Below, piece by piece: positions 28,700-38,913 of a stretch of 64,000 nucleotides of DNA; within the stretch, counting starts at the first letter, position 1, and the number at the start of each line of letters is the position of its first letter. The stretch is from Patescibacteria group bacterium (GTDB taxonomy: Bacteria > Patescibacteriota > Minisyncoccia > Phycocordibacterales > Phycocordibacteraceae): positions 248,486 through 312,485 of the forward strand of contig JAIELV010000001.1 in NCBI GenBank assembly GCA_019752595.1, read 5' to 3'. The translations under genes and the position numbers were made by a program. The notes beneath the pieces are model-generated. The model made no database searches. It was not told the DNA's origin and saw nothing but the letters and a program-made list of their open reading frames with translations.

Positions 28700-31306
28700 C
28701 TACAACATCTTCTTCAAATACTGCCCTGTATAGGACCCTTTTGTTCGCGCTACTTCCTCAGGGGTTCCTGTGGCAACAACATTGCCGCCGTGTACACCAC
28801 CATCAGGTCCGACATCTATCACGTAATCTGCGCATTTAATTAAATCCATGTTGTGTTCAATCACCACAACCGTATTACCTTTGTCGACTAAGGTCTGAAG
28901 AATTTCTATTAATTTTTTCACGTCTTCGTAATGCAGACCGATGGTGGGCTCATCCAAAAGATATATTGTTTTTTCTGTGTGTCTTCTATAGAGTTCTGAT
29001 GATATCTTCACGCGTTGTGCTTCTCCGCCTGAGAGTGTCGTTGCAGACTGCCCCAGTTCCAAATACCCCAGCCCCACATCCATCAGTGATTGAAGGCGGT
29101 CCGAAATTGCAGGAATATCTTTAAAGAAATCTAACGATTCCTCCACGGTCATCCGCAGTACATCGTGTATAGTCTTTTTTTTGTAGGTGACCTCGAGCGT
29201 TTCTTTCATAAAGCGCATTCCGTTACAGACATCGCACGTGACATACACAGTCGGCAAAAAGTGCATTTCAACTGCCACCGTGCCATTACCCTGGCATGCT
29301 TCACAACGTCCGCCTTTAACGTTGAAGGAGAAACGCCCGCCTTTCCATCCCCGTGCGCGCGCTTCGGGTGTCGCCGCAAACAAATCACGGATGTGTCCAA
29401 AAGCTCCTGTATAGGTAGCAGGATTCGAGCGCGGTGTTCTGCCGATTGGTGATTGATCTATCAACACAACGCGAGAGAGATACTCGGAACCAGAAAAGCT
29501 GGCACAGTTATAAATCTTCGTTGTGCGGTAATTTCTTTCAAGACGCGCACGCAAATTTTTGTGTAAAATTTCGTACATAAACGAAGATTTTCCCGAACCT
29601 GAAACGCCCGTGATGATATTCAATCTCCCCAAAGGCACATCAACATCCATATTTTTAATATTGAAAATGTTTCCCTGACGGACCTTGAGCGCGCCTTTTT
29701 GCTCTTCGCGACGCGATTTTGGAATTTCGATTTTTTTCTCGCCTCGTAAATACGAAAGTGTTACAGAATTTGTGTCATTTTTCTTTGCGGTCAGCAGATT
29801 CTCCAACCATCCTGCTGCAATAATGTTTCCGCCATGTACACCCGCGCCAGGACCGATATCAACTATGAAGTCAGAAGCATATATAGTGTCTTCGTCATGC
29901 TCGACCACAATGATGGTATTTCCCAAATCACGAAGACGTAAGAGCGTTTGAATTAAACGGTCGTTGTCTTTTTGGTGAAGGCCGATAGTAGGCTCATCAA
30001 GGACGTACAACGCTCCCACCAAACCACTTCCCAGCTGCGACGCAAGCCTGATTCGTTGTGCTTCTCCTCCTGAAAGGGTGTTTGCAGTTCTGTCTAACGT
30101 CAGATACCCAATCCCTACGTTAATCATGAATTGCAGCCGAGCCAAGATTTCTTTGACAACAACCTTTGAAATCTCTTCCTGTTTTTTGCTCAAACTAAGG
30201 CTTTCAATAAAATCTTTTGCATCGATAATCGAAAGTCTTGTTAAATCCACAACGTTTTTGCCAAGCTTCTTTTCAGTTGAACCAAGGTACACGCGGAGCG
30301 CTTCGGGACGTAAGCGCATTCCCTTACACACGGGGCATTCATCGAGATTGAAAAAGCCTACGGTCCCCAACCCATGGCACTCGGGACACGCGCCGTAGGG
30401 GCTGTTGAACGAAAAGAGGCGTGGTTCAACCTCAGGAAATGATGAGCCGTCGACGGGGCATATAAATTTTGCCGAAAGAATGCGCGGTTCGCCTTTCGGA
30501 TTTACAATTTTTACCAACCCATTTGATTCCTTGAGTGCGAGCTCCACCGCTTCCGATAAACGCTCTTTTGCATCCGTTTTTGATTTTTCGAGTTCAGAAA
30601 CAAAAATTTCGTCTACGACAATATCAATATCGTGCACTTTGGTTTTCTCAAGATTGATGCGCTCCCTGAGTGAATGTTCTTTTACGTCGACAATTACTTT
30701 TTCAAACCCTTTACCCAATAGGTCATACAACATCTGGTAGTACTCACCTTTTCTCCCGAGAACAACGGGCGCCAAAATGCGTATCTTCAAATCATTGTAG
30801 GCGACACCCATAACACTCTTTGCGGTCTGTTTGATGTCGACCTCCTCTATCGTACGCAAAATAATTTTTAGAATTTCTTCTTTAGAAAGTTTTTGAATCG
30901 GTACGTCGTGATTCAAGCAGTAGGGCTGACCTACGCGCGCATACAAAATACGCATGTAGTCATAAATCTCAGTGATGGTGGCGACCGTCGAACGCGGGTT
31001 ATTGGAACGTGATTTCTGGTCGATAGAAATTGCAGGCGACAAACCAGTGATTTCCTCAACATCTGGCTTCGACATCTGATTTAAAAACTGCCGCGCATAC
31101 GCGGAGAGAGATTCAACATAGCGACGCTGACCTTCGGCAAAAATGGTATCAAACGCCAATGATGATTTCCCTGAGCCTGAAAGGCCCGTAAATACCACCA
31201 TCTTGTTTCTCGGCATTTCTACCGTAACGTTCTTGAGGTTGTGTGTTTTTGCTCCTTTAACAACAATTTTTCCTGCGTCAAAGTTTTGTTCGTCTTTTTT
31301 TACCAT
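28700..31306 (-). CDS. uvrA: Excinuclease ABC subunit A
   Basis: Two Walker A motifs ([16 protein letters not shown]), LSGGEAQR twice, Zn fingers. Confidence 0.99.
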   Translation of the reverse strand: MVKKDEQNFDAGKIVVKGAKTHNLKNVTVEMPRNKMVVFTGLSGSGKSSLAFDTIFAEGQRRYVESLSAYARQFLNQMSKPDVEEITGLSPAISIDQKSRSNNPRSTVATITEIYDYMRILYARVGQPYCLNHDVPIQKLSKEEILKIILRTIEEVDIKQTAKSVMGVAYNDLKIRILAPVVLGRKGEYYQMLYDLLGKGFEKVIVDVKEHSLRERINLEKTKVHDIDIVVDEIFVSELEKSKTDAKERLSEAVELALKESNGLVKIVNPKGEPRILSAKFICPVDGSSFPEVEPRLFSFNSPYGACPECHGLGTVGFFNLDECPVCKGMRLRPEALRVYLGSTEKKLGKNVVDLTRLSIIDAKDFIESLSLSKKQEEISKVVVKEILARLQFMINVGIGYLTLDRTANTLSGGEAQRIRLASQLGSGLVGALYVLDEPTIGLHQKDNDRLIQTLLRLRDLGNTIIVVEHDEDTIYASDFIVDIGPGAGVHGGNIIAAGWLENLLTAKKNDTNSVTLSYLRGEKKIEIPKSRREEQKGALKVRQGNIFNIKNMDVDVPLGRLNIITGVSGSGKSSFMYEILHKNLRARLERNYRTTKIYNCASFSGSEYLSRVVLIDQSPIGRTPRSNPATYTGAFGHIRDLFAATPEARARGWKGGRFSFNVKGGRCEACQGNGTVAVEMHFLPTVYVTCDVCNGMRFMKETLEVTYKKKTIHDVLRMTVEESLDFFKDIPAISDRLQSLMDVGLGYLELGQSATTLSGGEAQRVKISSELYRRHTEKTIYLLDEPTIGLHYEDVKKLIEILQTLVDKGNTVVVIEHNMDLIKCADYVIDVGPDGGVHGGNVVATGTPEEVARTKGSYTGQYLKKML

Positions 31307-31366
31307 ATGCAAGTTACCGCCTTGTCGGCGGTGTGCTTATACTATCACTCTTCATCCAACTCCCCC

Positions 31367-31391
31367 AAGTGCTATACTTAGTATAGCACTT
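31367..31391. repeat. Palindrome family P2, copy 1
   Basis: AAGTGCTATACT-T-AGTATAGCACTT touching the uvrB stop codon. Confidence 0.95.
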
Positions 31392-33457
31392 TAGTCGTCG
31401 AGGTAGATTCGGCCAGGCTTTCTCGGTTTCTTAGGCGGAGCAGGTAATTTCTCTTCAAGTTTATGTATTTCGTCTCTGATAAGAGCCGCCGTTTCGAAAT
31501 CTAATATAGAAACAGCCTCTTCCATCGCGTCACGCCGTTCTGCAATCAATTTTTTCAGCTCCTTGGGGTCCTTCGCACGCTCTACGTCTACCGCCATCAA
31601 AAGCCCCACGGCCCTCTCGCGCTCAGCCTGCAAGGACTCCGTTATATCTTTAATGTTTTTCTTAATCGTCATCGGCGTAATATTGTGCTCTTTGTTGTAC
31701 GCAAGCTGAATTCCTCTGCGACGGTTTGTTTCTGAAATTGCTTTTTCCATTGAGCCCGTCATTTCATCTGCGTACAGAATCACACGACCGTTTATATTTC
31801 GTGCAGCTCTGCCGATAGTCTGAATTAACGCTGTTTCTGAACGCAAAAATCCTTCCTTGTCCGCGTCCAATATTCCCACTAATTCAACTTCGGGAAGGTC
31901 TAGTCCTTCGCGAAGAAGGTTCACGCCCACAATGCAATCAAAATCTCCTTTTCTAAATTGCGTCAGAATCGTAATGCGGTCTATGGTTTTCACATCTGAG
32001 TGCAGGTATTCGGCTTTTACTTTTTTTGCTTTCAAAAATTCCGCTAAATCTTCCGCCATTTTCTTAGTGAGTGTCGTGACCAGGACACGCCCACCATTTT
32101 TTACCGTTTTCTCTGTCTCTTCTATAAAATCTTTCACCTGCCCTGCATAACTCGCGGTCCCCGTGACAGGCTTCACAACGATTTCTGGATCAATGAGGCC
32201 CGTGGGACGAATAACTTGCTCCACGATTTTTGAAGAGCGCTCTAATTCAAATTTCGCTGGTGTTGCGGTTGTATAAATAGTCGAACCCAGTCGCTCTTCA
32301 ATTTCATCAAACTTTAACGGACGATTATCAGCTGCAGACGGAAGGCGAAACCCGTAGTCAATCAGCGTTTTTTTTCGTGACTGATCCCCCGCATACATAC
32401 CGCCAAGCTGAGGTACTGTCACGTGCGACTCATCAATTACTGTGAGGAAATCAGGCTTACCATCTTTCGTGTGCGGAAAATAAGAAAGGAGTGTGTATGC
32501 AGGCTCTCCTGGATGTCTGCCGTCAAAATGCATTGAATAGTTTTCAATGCCATTGCAGTAGCCAATTTCGCGAATGAGTGCAATGTCGTAACGCGTCCTT
32601 CTTTTCAAGCGTTCCGCCTCCAAAAGTTTTCCTTCATCATTCAATTCTTTGAGACGTTTTTCCAATTCCGCTTCAATATCTTTGAGCGCTCGCTCACGCT
32701 CAGATTCAGGTGTGACGTAGTGCTTCGCAGGGAACAAAAAGAATTCACTTGGCTCATCAATAAGCGCTCGCGAGACAGCATTCAAACGGGAAATGTGTGC
32801 AATTTTTCCATTTTCAGGATACACACGATACACCACTGTTTCATTCACAGGCATCACTTCAACAGCGGGTCCTACTGCGCGAAATTCGCCAGGCTTTAAA
32901 TCTGCGTTTGTGCGTTCAAACTGTAATCCGACCATGAAACGTACAAATTCTGAGCGTTCAAATGGATCCCCGACTGCAATTTTTCTGTGTATTTTTTTAT
33001 ATTCGTCAGGAGAGCCTAATCCGTAAATCGCAGATACGGAGGCAACAATGATGACGTCGTTTCTCGTTAAAAGCGCTTGCGTGGTGGCGTGGCGCAAGCG
33101 ATCAATTTCTGCATTAATCTGCGCTTCTTTCTCTATATACGTATCAGAGTGCGCAACGTATGCCTCTGGCTGGTAGTAGTCGTAATACGATACGAAATAG
33201 TGAACCGCGTTTTCAGGAAAAAATTCGCGATACTCCTGTGTTAATTGCGCGGCTAGTGTTTTGTTGTGAGCAATAACCAGGGTAGGCTTCTGTGTCTGCT
33301 GTATGACGTTTGCAATTGTAAATGTTTTCCCTGAGCCAGTGACACCAAGAAGTGTTTGATGGCGCTCGCCTTTTTTCACACCAGTGACCAATGCCTCAAT
33401 CGCTTTCGGCTGATCTCCTGCAGGCTGATATTCAGAATGAAGTTTGAAGCCACTCAC
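31391..33457 (-). CDS. uvrB: Excinuclease ABC subunit B
   Basis: [30 protein letters not shown]. Confidence 0.99.
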   Translation of the reverse strand: MSGFKLHSEYQPAGDQPKAIEALVTGVKKGERHQTLLGVTGSGKTFTIANVIQQTQKPTLVIAHNKTLAAQLTQEYREFFPENAVHYFVSYYDYYQPEAYVAHSDTYIEKEAQINAEIDRLRHATTQALLTRNDVIIVASVSAIYGLGSPDEYKKIHRKIAVGDPFERSEFVRFMVGLQFERTNADLKPGEFRAVGPAVEVMPVNETVVYRVYPENGKIAHISRLNAVSRALIDEPSEFFLFPAKHYVTPESERERALKDIEAELEKRLKELNDEGKLLEAERLKRRTRYDIALIREIGYCNGIENYSMHFDGRHPGEPAYTLLSYFPHTKDGKPDFLTVIDESHVTVPQLGGMYAGDQSRKKTLIDYGFRLPSAADNRPLKFDEIEERLGSTIYTTATPAKFELERSSKIVEQVIRPTGLIDPEIVVKPVTGTASYAGQVKDFIEETEKTVKNGGRVLVTTLTKKMAEDLAEFLKAKKVKAEYLHSDVKTIDRITILTQFRKGDFDCIVGVNLLREGLDLPEVELVGILDADKEGFLRSETALIQTIGRAARNINGRVILYADEMTGSMEKAISETNRRRGIQLAYNKEHNITPMTIKKNIKDITESLQAERERAVGLLMAVDVERAKDPKELKKLIAERRDAMEEAVSILDFETAALIRDEIHKLEEKLPAPPKKPRKPGRIYLDD

Positions 33458-33478
33458 AGTCGGGCAGTATACCGCGCA

Positions 33479-33994
33479 CTACCCGTTTTTTGAACGAATC
33501 TTTTGAATCAATTCCGTAGTCGAGAAAATCTTTTTTGGAACCCAGTGTCCGTAGGCACCTACGTCGTTCATTGCTTCATACTCGGGCCAAGATTCTGGCG
33601 GACCATAGTCAGGTCCACCCACGTGCACATTCGGCTTTACCGCGCGCACCAGTGCACTTGCCACCCCTCCATGATACGGCGCATGAATCACCACAACGTA
33701 ATCAACGCATATCATTGCAGCCAAAAGAGCCGCACGCATGCCTTCGGGTAAATACGGCCTTTCGTCCCCCTTTCCTTCTTTGACAGTCGCGTCGGCGTTT
33801 ATTCCAACAAACAACACATCACCCTGCTTCTTTGCTTCTTCGAGAAGATCCAAGTGCCCGCTGTGAATGATGTCAAAGGTGCCGTATGCCGTCACTACTT
33901 TTTTACCTTGTTTTTTCAATTCCTCGGCGCGCGCAGAAGCTTCTTCAAGAGTCAAAATTTTTTCAATGCGCCAGTTTGCTGTTTCTACATCCAT
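33479..33994 (-). CDS. HldE/RfaE domain II-like nucleotidyltransferase
   Basis: GTFDIIHSGH, KGDERP, STTELIQKI. Confidence 0.85.
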   Translation of the reverse strand: MDVETANWRIEKILTLEEASARAEELKKQGKKVVTAYGTFDIIHSGHLDLLEEAKKQGDVLFVGINADATVKEGKGDERPYLPEGMRAALLAAMICVDYVVVIHAPYHGGVASALVRAVKPNVHVGGPDYGPPESWPEYEAMNDVGAYGHWVPKKIFSTTELIQKIRSKNG

Positions 33995-34011
33995 GTACTG
34001 AATTGTATACG

Positions 34012-34038
34012 AAAAAACCCACCTAAAGGTGGGTTTTT
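34012..34038. terminator. Intrinsic terminator, bidirectional form
   Basis: AAAAAACCCACC-TAAA-GGTGGGTTTTT. Confidence 0.8.
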
Positions 34039-34055
34039 AAATTCTTTAATTTCCA

Positions 34056-34295
34056 TTAATCGGCTCTTGCAAGACGCGGGGCCGTGTCCGCTCGGACGTA
34101 TTCTTCACATGTTGCACGATCTTGTTCATTTCTCATCCACGCACACGAATCAGTAACTCTTTGTTCAAAACGAGCCTGCGCCAAAGCTTCGCGTTCAGCC
34201 ACAGCTCTCGTACCAGCAACACCACCTGCAGCAACTGCAAGCCCAGTTACAACAAAAGCCAAAATTCCTCTTGCTGATATCCGTTTTCTTTCCAT
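34056..34295 (-). CDS. Small hypothetical membrane or secreted protein
   Basis: N-terminal hydrophobic helix, Cys pair; terminator follows. Confidence 0.6.
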   Translation of the reverse strand: MERKRISARGILAFVVTGLAVAAGGVAGTRAVAEREALAQARFEQRVTDSCAWMRNEQDRATCEEYVRADTAPRLARAD

Positions 34296-34340
34296 ATATG
34301 TGCATAGTAGCACATTACATGCTATTTGTCAAATACAGCA

Positions 34341-35051
34341 TTACGCGAGTACGCTTTGCAAAAATTGCACCGTTCCCGCAGGATTTTCAATCGCCTGAAT
34401 GTCGATAACGCCAATTACTGTTTCGTCATTTCCTCCTGGGTACAATGCGTCCCCTACGTATATGCACTCTTCTTTTTTCCACCCGCGCTCTGCGATAAGT
34501 TTTGCAACGTTTCTTCCTTTATGAAATCCTTTCTTGATATAGTCAAAACAGGTCGTGCCACCAATCACTACCTGCATGCTGTCTGAAACAAACGGATATT
34601 TTGCCAAGAGTTCTTGGCGAATCTTGCCACCTGGATCAAACGCGGACTTCATTGCTTTGTCCGCATGATGTCCCAAAAGGCTATACGAAATTTGTGAATT
34701 GCGATCCTCAACTAAATCGTTTTCATCAGGCACTTCCCATGTTCTGGGTATTGAACGGATATGTGCAAAAACTTCTTCTTTTTCAGAATCGGTTAAATAC
34801 TCACGCCATAAATCTTGCTTCTGTTTTTCGTCGTATGCATGGTTACCATTTTGCCCAAGATACACAAACGGCATCCCACCTGTTTGATAGAGCGCTTGCT
34901 TTACTTCCGCACCTGAAACAATAATTACATCGCGGCCAGACTCCAAAATCTTTTTCATACTTTCCACCATCGGTACTTCAATTAATGAACGGGAAGGTGT
35001 GACCGTGCCGTCGAGGTCAAAAAACAAATGCCGATACTGCGAGGGCTGCAT
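34341..35051 (-). CDS. HAD-IIB hydrolase, eukaryote-type phosphomannomutase-like
   Basis: FDLDGTVTPSR, EDRNSQI, GGTTCFD, GDALYPGGND. Confidence 0.85.
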   Translation of the reverse strand: MQPSQYRHLFFDLDGTVTPSRSLIEVPMVESMKKILESGRDVIIVSGAEVKQALYQTGGMPFVYLGQNGNHAYDEKQKQDLWREYLTDSEKEEVFAHIRSIPRTWEVPDENDLVEDRNSQISYSLLGHHADKAMKSAFDPGGKIRQELLAKYPFVSDSMQVVIGGTTCFDYIKKGFHKGRNVAKLIAERGWKKEECIYVGDALYPGGNDETVIGVIDIQAIENPAGTVQFLQSVLA

Positions 35052-35078
35052 ACGGGTACTATATCAAACGATTTCCAA

Positions 35079-35105
35079 AAAGTGCTATACTAAGTATAGC
35101 ACTTT
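35079..35105. repeat. Palindrome family P2, copy 2
   Basis: AAAGTGCTATACT-A-AGTATAGCACTTT overlapping the rarA stop codon. Confidence 0.95.
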
Positions 35106-36228
35106 AGAGGTATTTTTTATTCTTGAGTTTTTCGGGAAGATACGACTCTTCATCGTACATTTTGTAGTCTTTGCCGTATCCTTCGTCTTTCATTAGTTTT
35201 GAAGGCGCGTTTCGCACCTTCAAAGGTATTGGCAGGTTTCCATACTTTTTCACGTCTTCTTGTGCGGCGCGAAGTGCGTCATATGCAGAACGGTCTTTTT
35301 TTGACTGCGAGAGATAGGCAACGCCGTGTGCCAAATTAATCCCTGCTTCTGGCATGCCCACAGAACGCACGGCGTCAAATACAGCATTCGCGACCACAAG
35401 CGCGGTCGGCTGTGCAAGGCCGATGTCTTCGGAGGCGAATATCACCATACGCCTGGCAACAAATACTGGATCTTCTCCGCCCTCTAGCATTCTCGCGAGG
35501 TAATACATCGCGGCGTCAGCTTGCCCAGCACGCATACTTTTTATAAACGCCGAGATGGTGTCGTAGTGTTCCTCTCCCTTCTTGTCATAGCGAAGTTTAT
35601 TTTCTTGCAAGGATTCCGCCAAACTCTCTGCAGTGACCGCGCCATACAACTTCTCGGCATTTTCGATAATGGTAATTGCGGATCGTGCGTCACCGTTTGC
35701 GTATGAAACAATCCAGTCTTCCGCTGCTATTCCTAGTTTCACACCTGTGCGTTGCAGAATTGCTCGCATATCAACATCCTCAATCTGTTTCAGCGTAAAT
35801 ACTCGGCAACGCGAGAGAAGTGCAGGGATGACTTCAAAGCTTGGGTTCTCGGTTGTGGCGCCAACGAGCGTTATCTCGCCCTTCTCTACAAACGGTAACA
35901 GAAAATCTTGTTGTGCTTTGTTGAATCGGTGTATCTCATCAAGAAAGAGTACTTTTCTTCTCCCGCCTACTTCAGTTTCTGCCACAGTTTGAATATCTTT
36001 TTTACCAGAAGCAACAGCAGAGAGCTCATAAAATTCTGCATCAACGGCGTCGGCATAGATACGCGCTAACGTAGTTTTTCCAACTCCAGGCGGACCCCAC
36101 AAAATAAAAGAGAAGAGGTGCTTTGTTTCTACGGCGACGCGAAGCGGCTTCCCAACACCCACTAAGTGTTCTTGCCCAATAAATTCATCAAGGGTTTTCG
36201 GTCGAATGCGCACTGCGAGGGGCTGCAT
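35104..36228 (-). CDS. rarA: Replication-associated recombination protein A (MgsA/RarA)
   Basis: GPPGVGKT, DEIHRFNKAQQD, ATTENP, ISAFIKSMR, SEDIG. Confidence 0.97.
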   Translation of the reverse strand: MQPLAVRIRPKTLDEFIGQEHLVGVGKPLRVAVETKHLFSFILWGPPGVGKTTLARIYADAVDAEFYELSAVASGKKDIQTVAETEVGGRRKVLFLDEIHRFNKAQQDFLLPFVEKGEITLVGATTENPSFEVIPALLSRCRVFTLKQIEDVDMRAILQRTGVKLGIAAEDWIVSYANGDARSAITIIENAEKLYGAVTAESLAESLQENKLRYDKKGEEHYDTISAFIKSMRAGQADAAMYYLARMLEGGEDPVFVARRMVIFASEDIGLAQPTALVVANAVFDAVRSVGMPEAGINLAHGVAYLSQSKKDRSAYDALRAAQEDVKKYGNLPIPLKVRNAPSKLMKDEGYGKDYKMYDEESYLPEKLKNKKYL

Positions 36229-36562
36229 CCTCTAATGGTACCTGGAAAGTTGGTGTTTGTTTAAGACGACGCAGAGGCACAACTTTACCCTTTCCTTCAC
36301 GAGTTGCATTTTTACGCATAATTTCATGCTCGAGTGAAACTACCCTTACTGAGCTTCTCCCATAGGAAACTTCTTCGGTACGATTTTCTGAACTGTACCG
36401 CCCTTCCAAACTTGCCGTAGGCGAGCGAAGTATTTTCACAAAATCTTTATCAAAAGAGAGGAGATACCCTATATCAACACACTGTCCTGGAGGAGCATCG
36501 CGCTCGCTTACTGCCATAACCACCTTGTAGATCAGAGTCCTTTTGGGCTCCCGCTCTGCCAT
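36188..36562 (-). CDS. Hypothetical protein
   Basis: ATG 6 nt after CATACT; overlaps the rarA start. Confidence 0.55.
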   Translation of the reverse strand: MAEREPKRTLIYKVVMAVSERDAPPGQCVDIGYLLSFDKDFVKILRSPTASLEGRYSSENRTEEVSYGRSSVRVVSLEHEIMRKNATREGKGKVVPLRRLKQTPTFQVPLEDAAPRSAHSTENP

Positions 36563-36623
36563 ACGGACAGTATGCGCACCGAATCAAGAAACACCAAAGT
36601 CCCCTTTCTGTGGATAAGGATAT

Positions 36624-37844
36624 TTAGTGTGCCACGTATCGAGCCAAAAACTCTTCTCGAAACACATCAAACTTATCTTCTAGTATTGAATTTCGTATGT
36701 CTTTCAAAAGCTTAGTAAAAAAGTACAGGTTGTGAAGTGTTGCAATTTGCCCGCCCAGCATTTCTTTTGCGCGGAAAAGGTGGGCAAGATAGCCCTTTGT
36801 AAAGGTTTCTGACGCATACCCACCCGTCTCGGGATCCAAAGGCGAAAAATCGCGGATGTATTTTTCGTTCAGTATGTTTACCTTCCCCCGTGCAGTATAG
36901 ATAACACCCGTACGCCCTAAGCGGGTGGGAATCGTACAGTCAAAGGAATCCATACCATGAGCGACGCCTTCAAAAATATCTTCTGGCTCTCCGATACCAA
37001 GAAGGTGTCTGGGTTTTTCTGGCGGGAGCGGTAGTGTGGCAGCGGAAAGCGCGTCGCCCAAATCCGCCTTTGAAAAAGTTCCGCCAATGCCATATCCATC
37101 AAATGCTAAATCGCCTATTTCTTTTGCACTTTTGGTTCGTAAATCAGTGTATCGTCCGCCTTGTACGATTCCGAAAATCGCCTGCTTCATTCCCGCCGCC
37201 ACATTCTGCCGATGTGCGGAGAGAGAACGCTGAGCCCACTCATACGTTCTTCTCATTGCCTCAATTTGTTCGGCGCGAGGATCATCAGGTTTTCTAAATT
37301 CATCAAACGCAAAAAATATATCAGCGCCAAGCTTGTGTTGAATCTCAACTGAGCGTTCGGGTGTAAAACGAAACAGTGTGCCGTCCAAGTGCGATGTAAA
37401 AGAAACGCCGTCATCGTCTACGATTGCCAATTTTCCATGCTGTGTGGCAAGCTCGGGGTCAAAGACCGCGGGCGCGTCGGATTCAGGAAAAACGGTTGAG
37501 GCGGAAAACTTTGAAACACTTTTGCCATATCCCACACCAAGCGAGAAGACCTGGTATCCTCCTGAATCGGTAAACAACGGGCCGTCCCATCCCATAAATG
37601 AATGCAGGCCTCCTGCCTCAGCGACGACGTCTTCTCCTGGCTGTAAAAATAAATGATACGTGTTTCCGAGTGCCACTTCCGCACCTGCTAAATCTTTCAA
37701 GTCTTTTGGTAAAACGCCCTTCACCGTTGCTTTTGTGCCGACAGGCACAAACGCGGGAGTTTTGAATGTTCCGTGAGGCGTAAAGACTTCGCCCGCGCGA
37801 GGGCCTATTGCCCCCCCTTTTTCTATAGAAAACGAAAATGCCAT
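36624..37844 (-). CDS. tgt: tRNA-guanine transglycosylase
   Basis: TPAFVPVGT, NTYHL, TDSGGYQ, IVQGG, DSFDC..PTR, HNL. Confidence 0.95.
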   Translation of the reverse strand: MAFSFSIEKGGAIGPRAGEVFTPHGTFKTPAFVPVGTKATVKGVLPKDLKDLAGAEVALGNTYHLFLQPGEDVVAEAGGLHSFMGWDGPLFTDSGGYQVFSLGVGYGKSVSKFSASTVFPESDAPAVFDPELATQHGKLAIVDDDGVSFTSHLDGTLFRFTPERSVEIQHKLGADIFFAFDEFRKPDDPRAEQIEAMRRTYEWAQRSLSAHRQNVAAGMKQAIFGIVQGGRYTDLRTKSAKEIGDLAFDGYGIGGTFSKADLGDALSAATLPLPPEKPRHLLGIGEPEDIFEGVAHGMDSFDCTIPTRLGRTGVIYTARGKVNILNEKYIRDFSPLDPETGGYASETFTKGYLAHLFRAKEMLGGQIATLHNLYFFTKLLKDIRNSILEDKFDVFREEFLARYVAH

Positions 37845-37883
37845 TCCAGCTACTGTAGCATTCAGACCCGAGCCATGAAATGA

Positions 37884-38078
37884 CTACTCTCCTCTCTCTA
37901 CATCTCGTGTTTCTGTGTGCGGTGCACGTGACATCATGTGTGCATTTTCGAATAGATTCAGCGCGGTTCTTCCACTCCAAAAATCAAACCAGCGTTGCCA
38001 TTCCCGAAAATAACTTTTCATTAACGTCTGTTGTACGTACTCCCAATCAGGTGGGCGATTAAAATCTTCTACACTCAT
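37884..38078 (-). CDS. Small hypothetical protein
   Basis: ATGA overlap with the upstream ORF. Confidence 0.5.
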   Translation of the reverse strand: MSVEDFNRPPDWEYVQQTLMKSYFREWQRWFDFWSGRTALNLFENAHMMSRAPHTETRDVERGE

Positions 38079-38314
38079 GAGGACTGACGCCGAGGGCGCT
38101 CATAGTACGAGGCGAATTCAGAAATTGGCACTACGACTCCTTTTTCTTCTTTTGAAGGCGACGCCACACCCCACAGTGACGCATACACTTTCATCAACTC
38201 GAGATTAAATCGAATATGAAAAAAGGCCGCTGAAGCGACCTTTTTCCCAAATTCATGACTATCAATTCGAGATTGAAGAGAGAAATCAGCGACCCGATAA
38301 CTCTCTGTACTCAT
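38075..38314 (-). CDS. Small hypothetical protein
   Basis: Starts 5 nt after the FKBP stop codon, same strand. Confidence 0.5.
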   Translation of the reverse strand: MSTESYRVADFSLQSRIDSHEFGKKVASAAFFHIRFNLELMKVYASLWGVASPSKEEKGVVVPISEFASYYERPRRQSS

Positions 38315-38319
38315 GCTTT

Positions 38320-38862
38320 CTACTGTGAAATCTTTTTGACGATTTCAACCTCAAACAGGAGTGTGGAATTTGGAGGAATTGCGCCGACTGAGTTTGCACC
38401 GTATCCAAGCTCCGAGGGGATGGCAAGTAGTCTGCGTCCTCCTTCCTTCATGCCCATCATACCCATGCTCCATCCTTGAATAAGTCCGCCACCGTTTTCT
38501 TTGAGTACCAGACGATTATCTGCCGTCACCAAAAGCGAGAGCGGGGTTCGCCCTTCAGCTTGTGACGTATCAAACACTGTACCGTTTGGCAAAAGACCCG
38601 TGTAGGCAACTTCAATCGTGTCTCCAGGTGCAATCGGCATTCCTGTGCCCTCAACAAGATCAACGTAGCGAAGCTCGCTTACTTTTCCTGTTGCTTGGAT
38701 TTCATCCAAAATTACTTGCGCGCTCGCATTTGGATCATTCTGAGGCGCTGCTGCTGGCTGACCAAAATTTATTCCTGGGAAACCCATAAAGCCGAGTGAA
38801 ATAAAGATAATAATGACGACGATCGAAAGGATAACGATGAGATTGATTGTTTTTCTATTCAT
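38320..38862 (-). CDS. FKBP-type peptidyl-prolyl isomerase with N-terminal anchor
   Basis: YTGLLPNGTVFD, LIQGW, IPSELGYG, IPPNSTLLFEVE. Confidence 0.95.
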   Translation of the reverse strand: MNRKTINLIVILSIVVIIIFISLGFMGFPGINFGQPAAAPQNDPNASAQVILDEIQATGKVSELRYVDLVEGTGMPIAPGDTIEVAYTGLLPNGTVFDTSQAEGRTPLSLLVTADNRLVLKENGGGLIQGWSMGMMGMKEGGRRLLAIPSELGYGANSVGAIPPNSTLLFEVEIVKKISQ

Positions 38863-38913
38863 ACGCGAATCCTGGCTGATTAATGCTTTTAGGATACCAC
38901 GCCTAAGCTAGAC

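Noticed and set aside
36609-36617. Perfect DnaA box (TGTGGATAA) as a sign of oriC
   Set aside because: A single box in a 60-nt gap, with no cluster, unwinding element or dnaA/dnaN nearby; near-matches at about 28652 and 45991 are also isolated.
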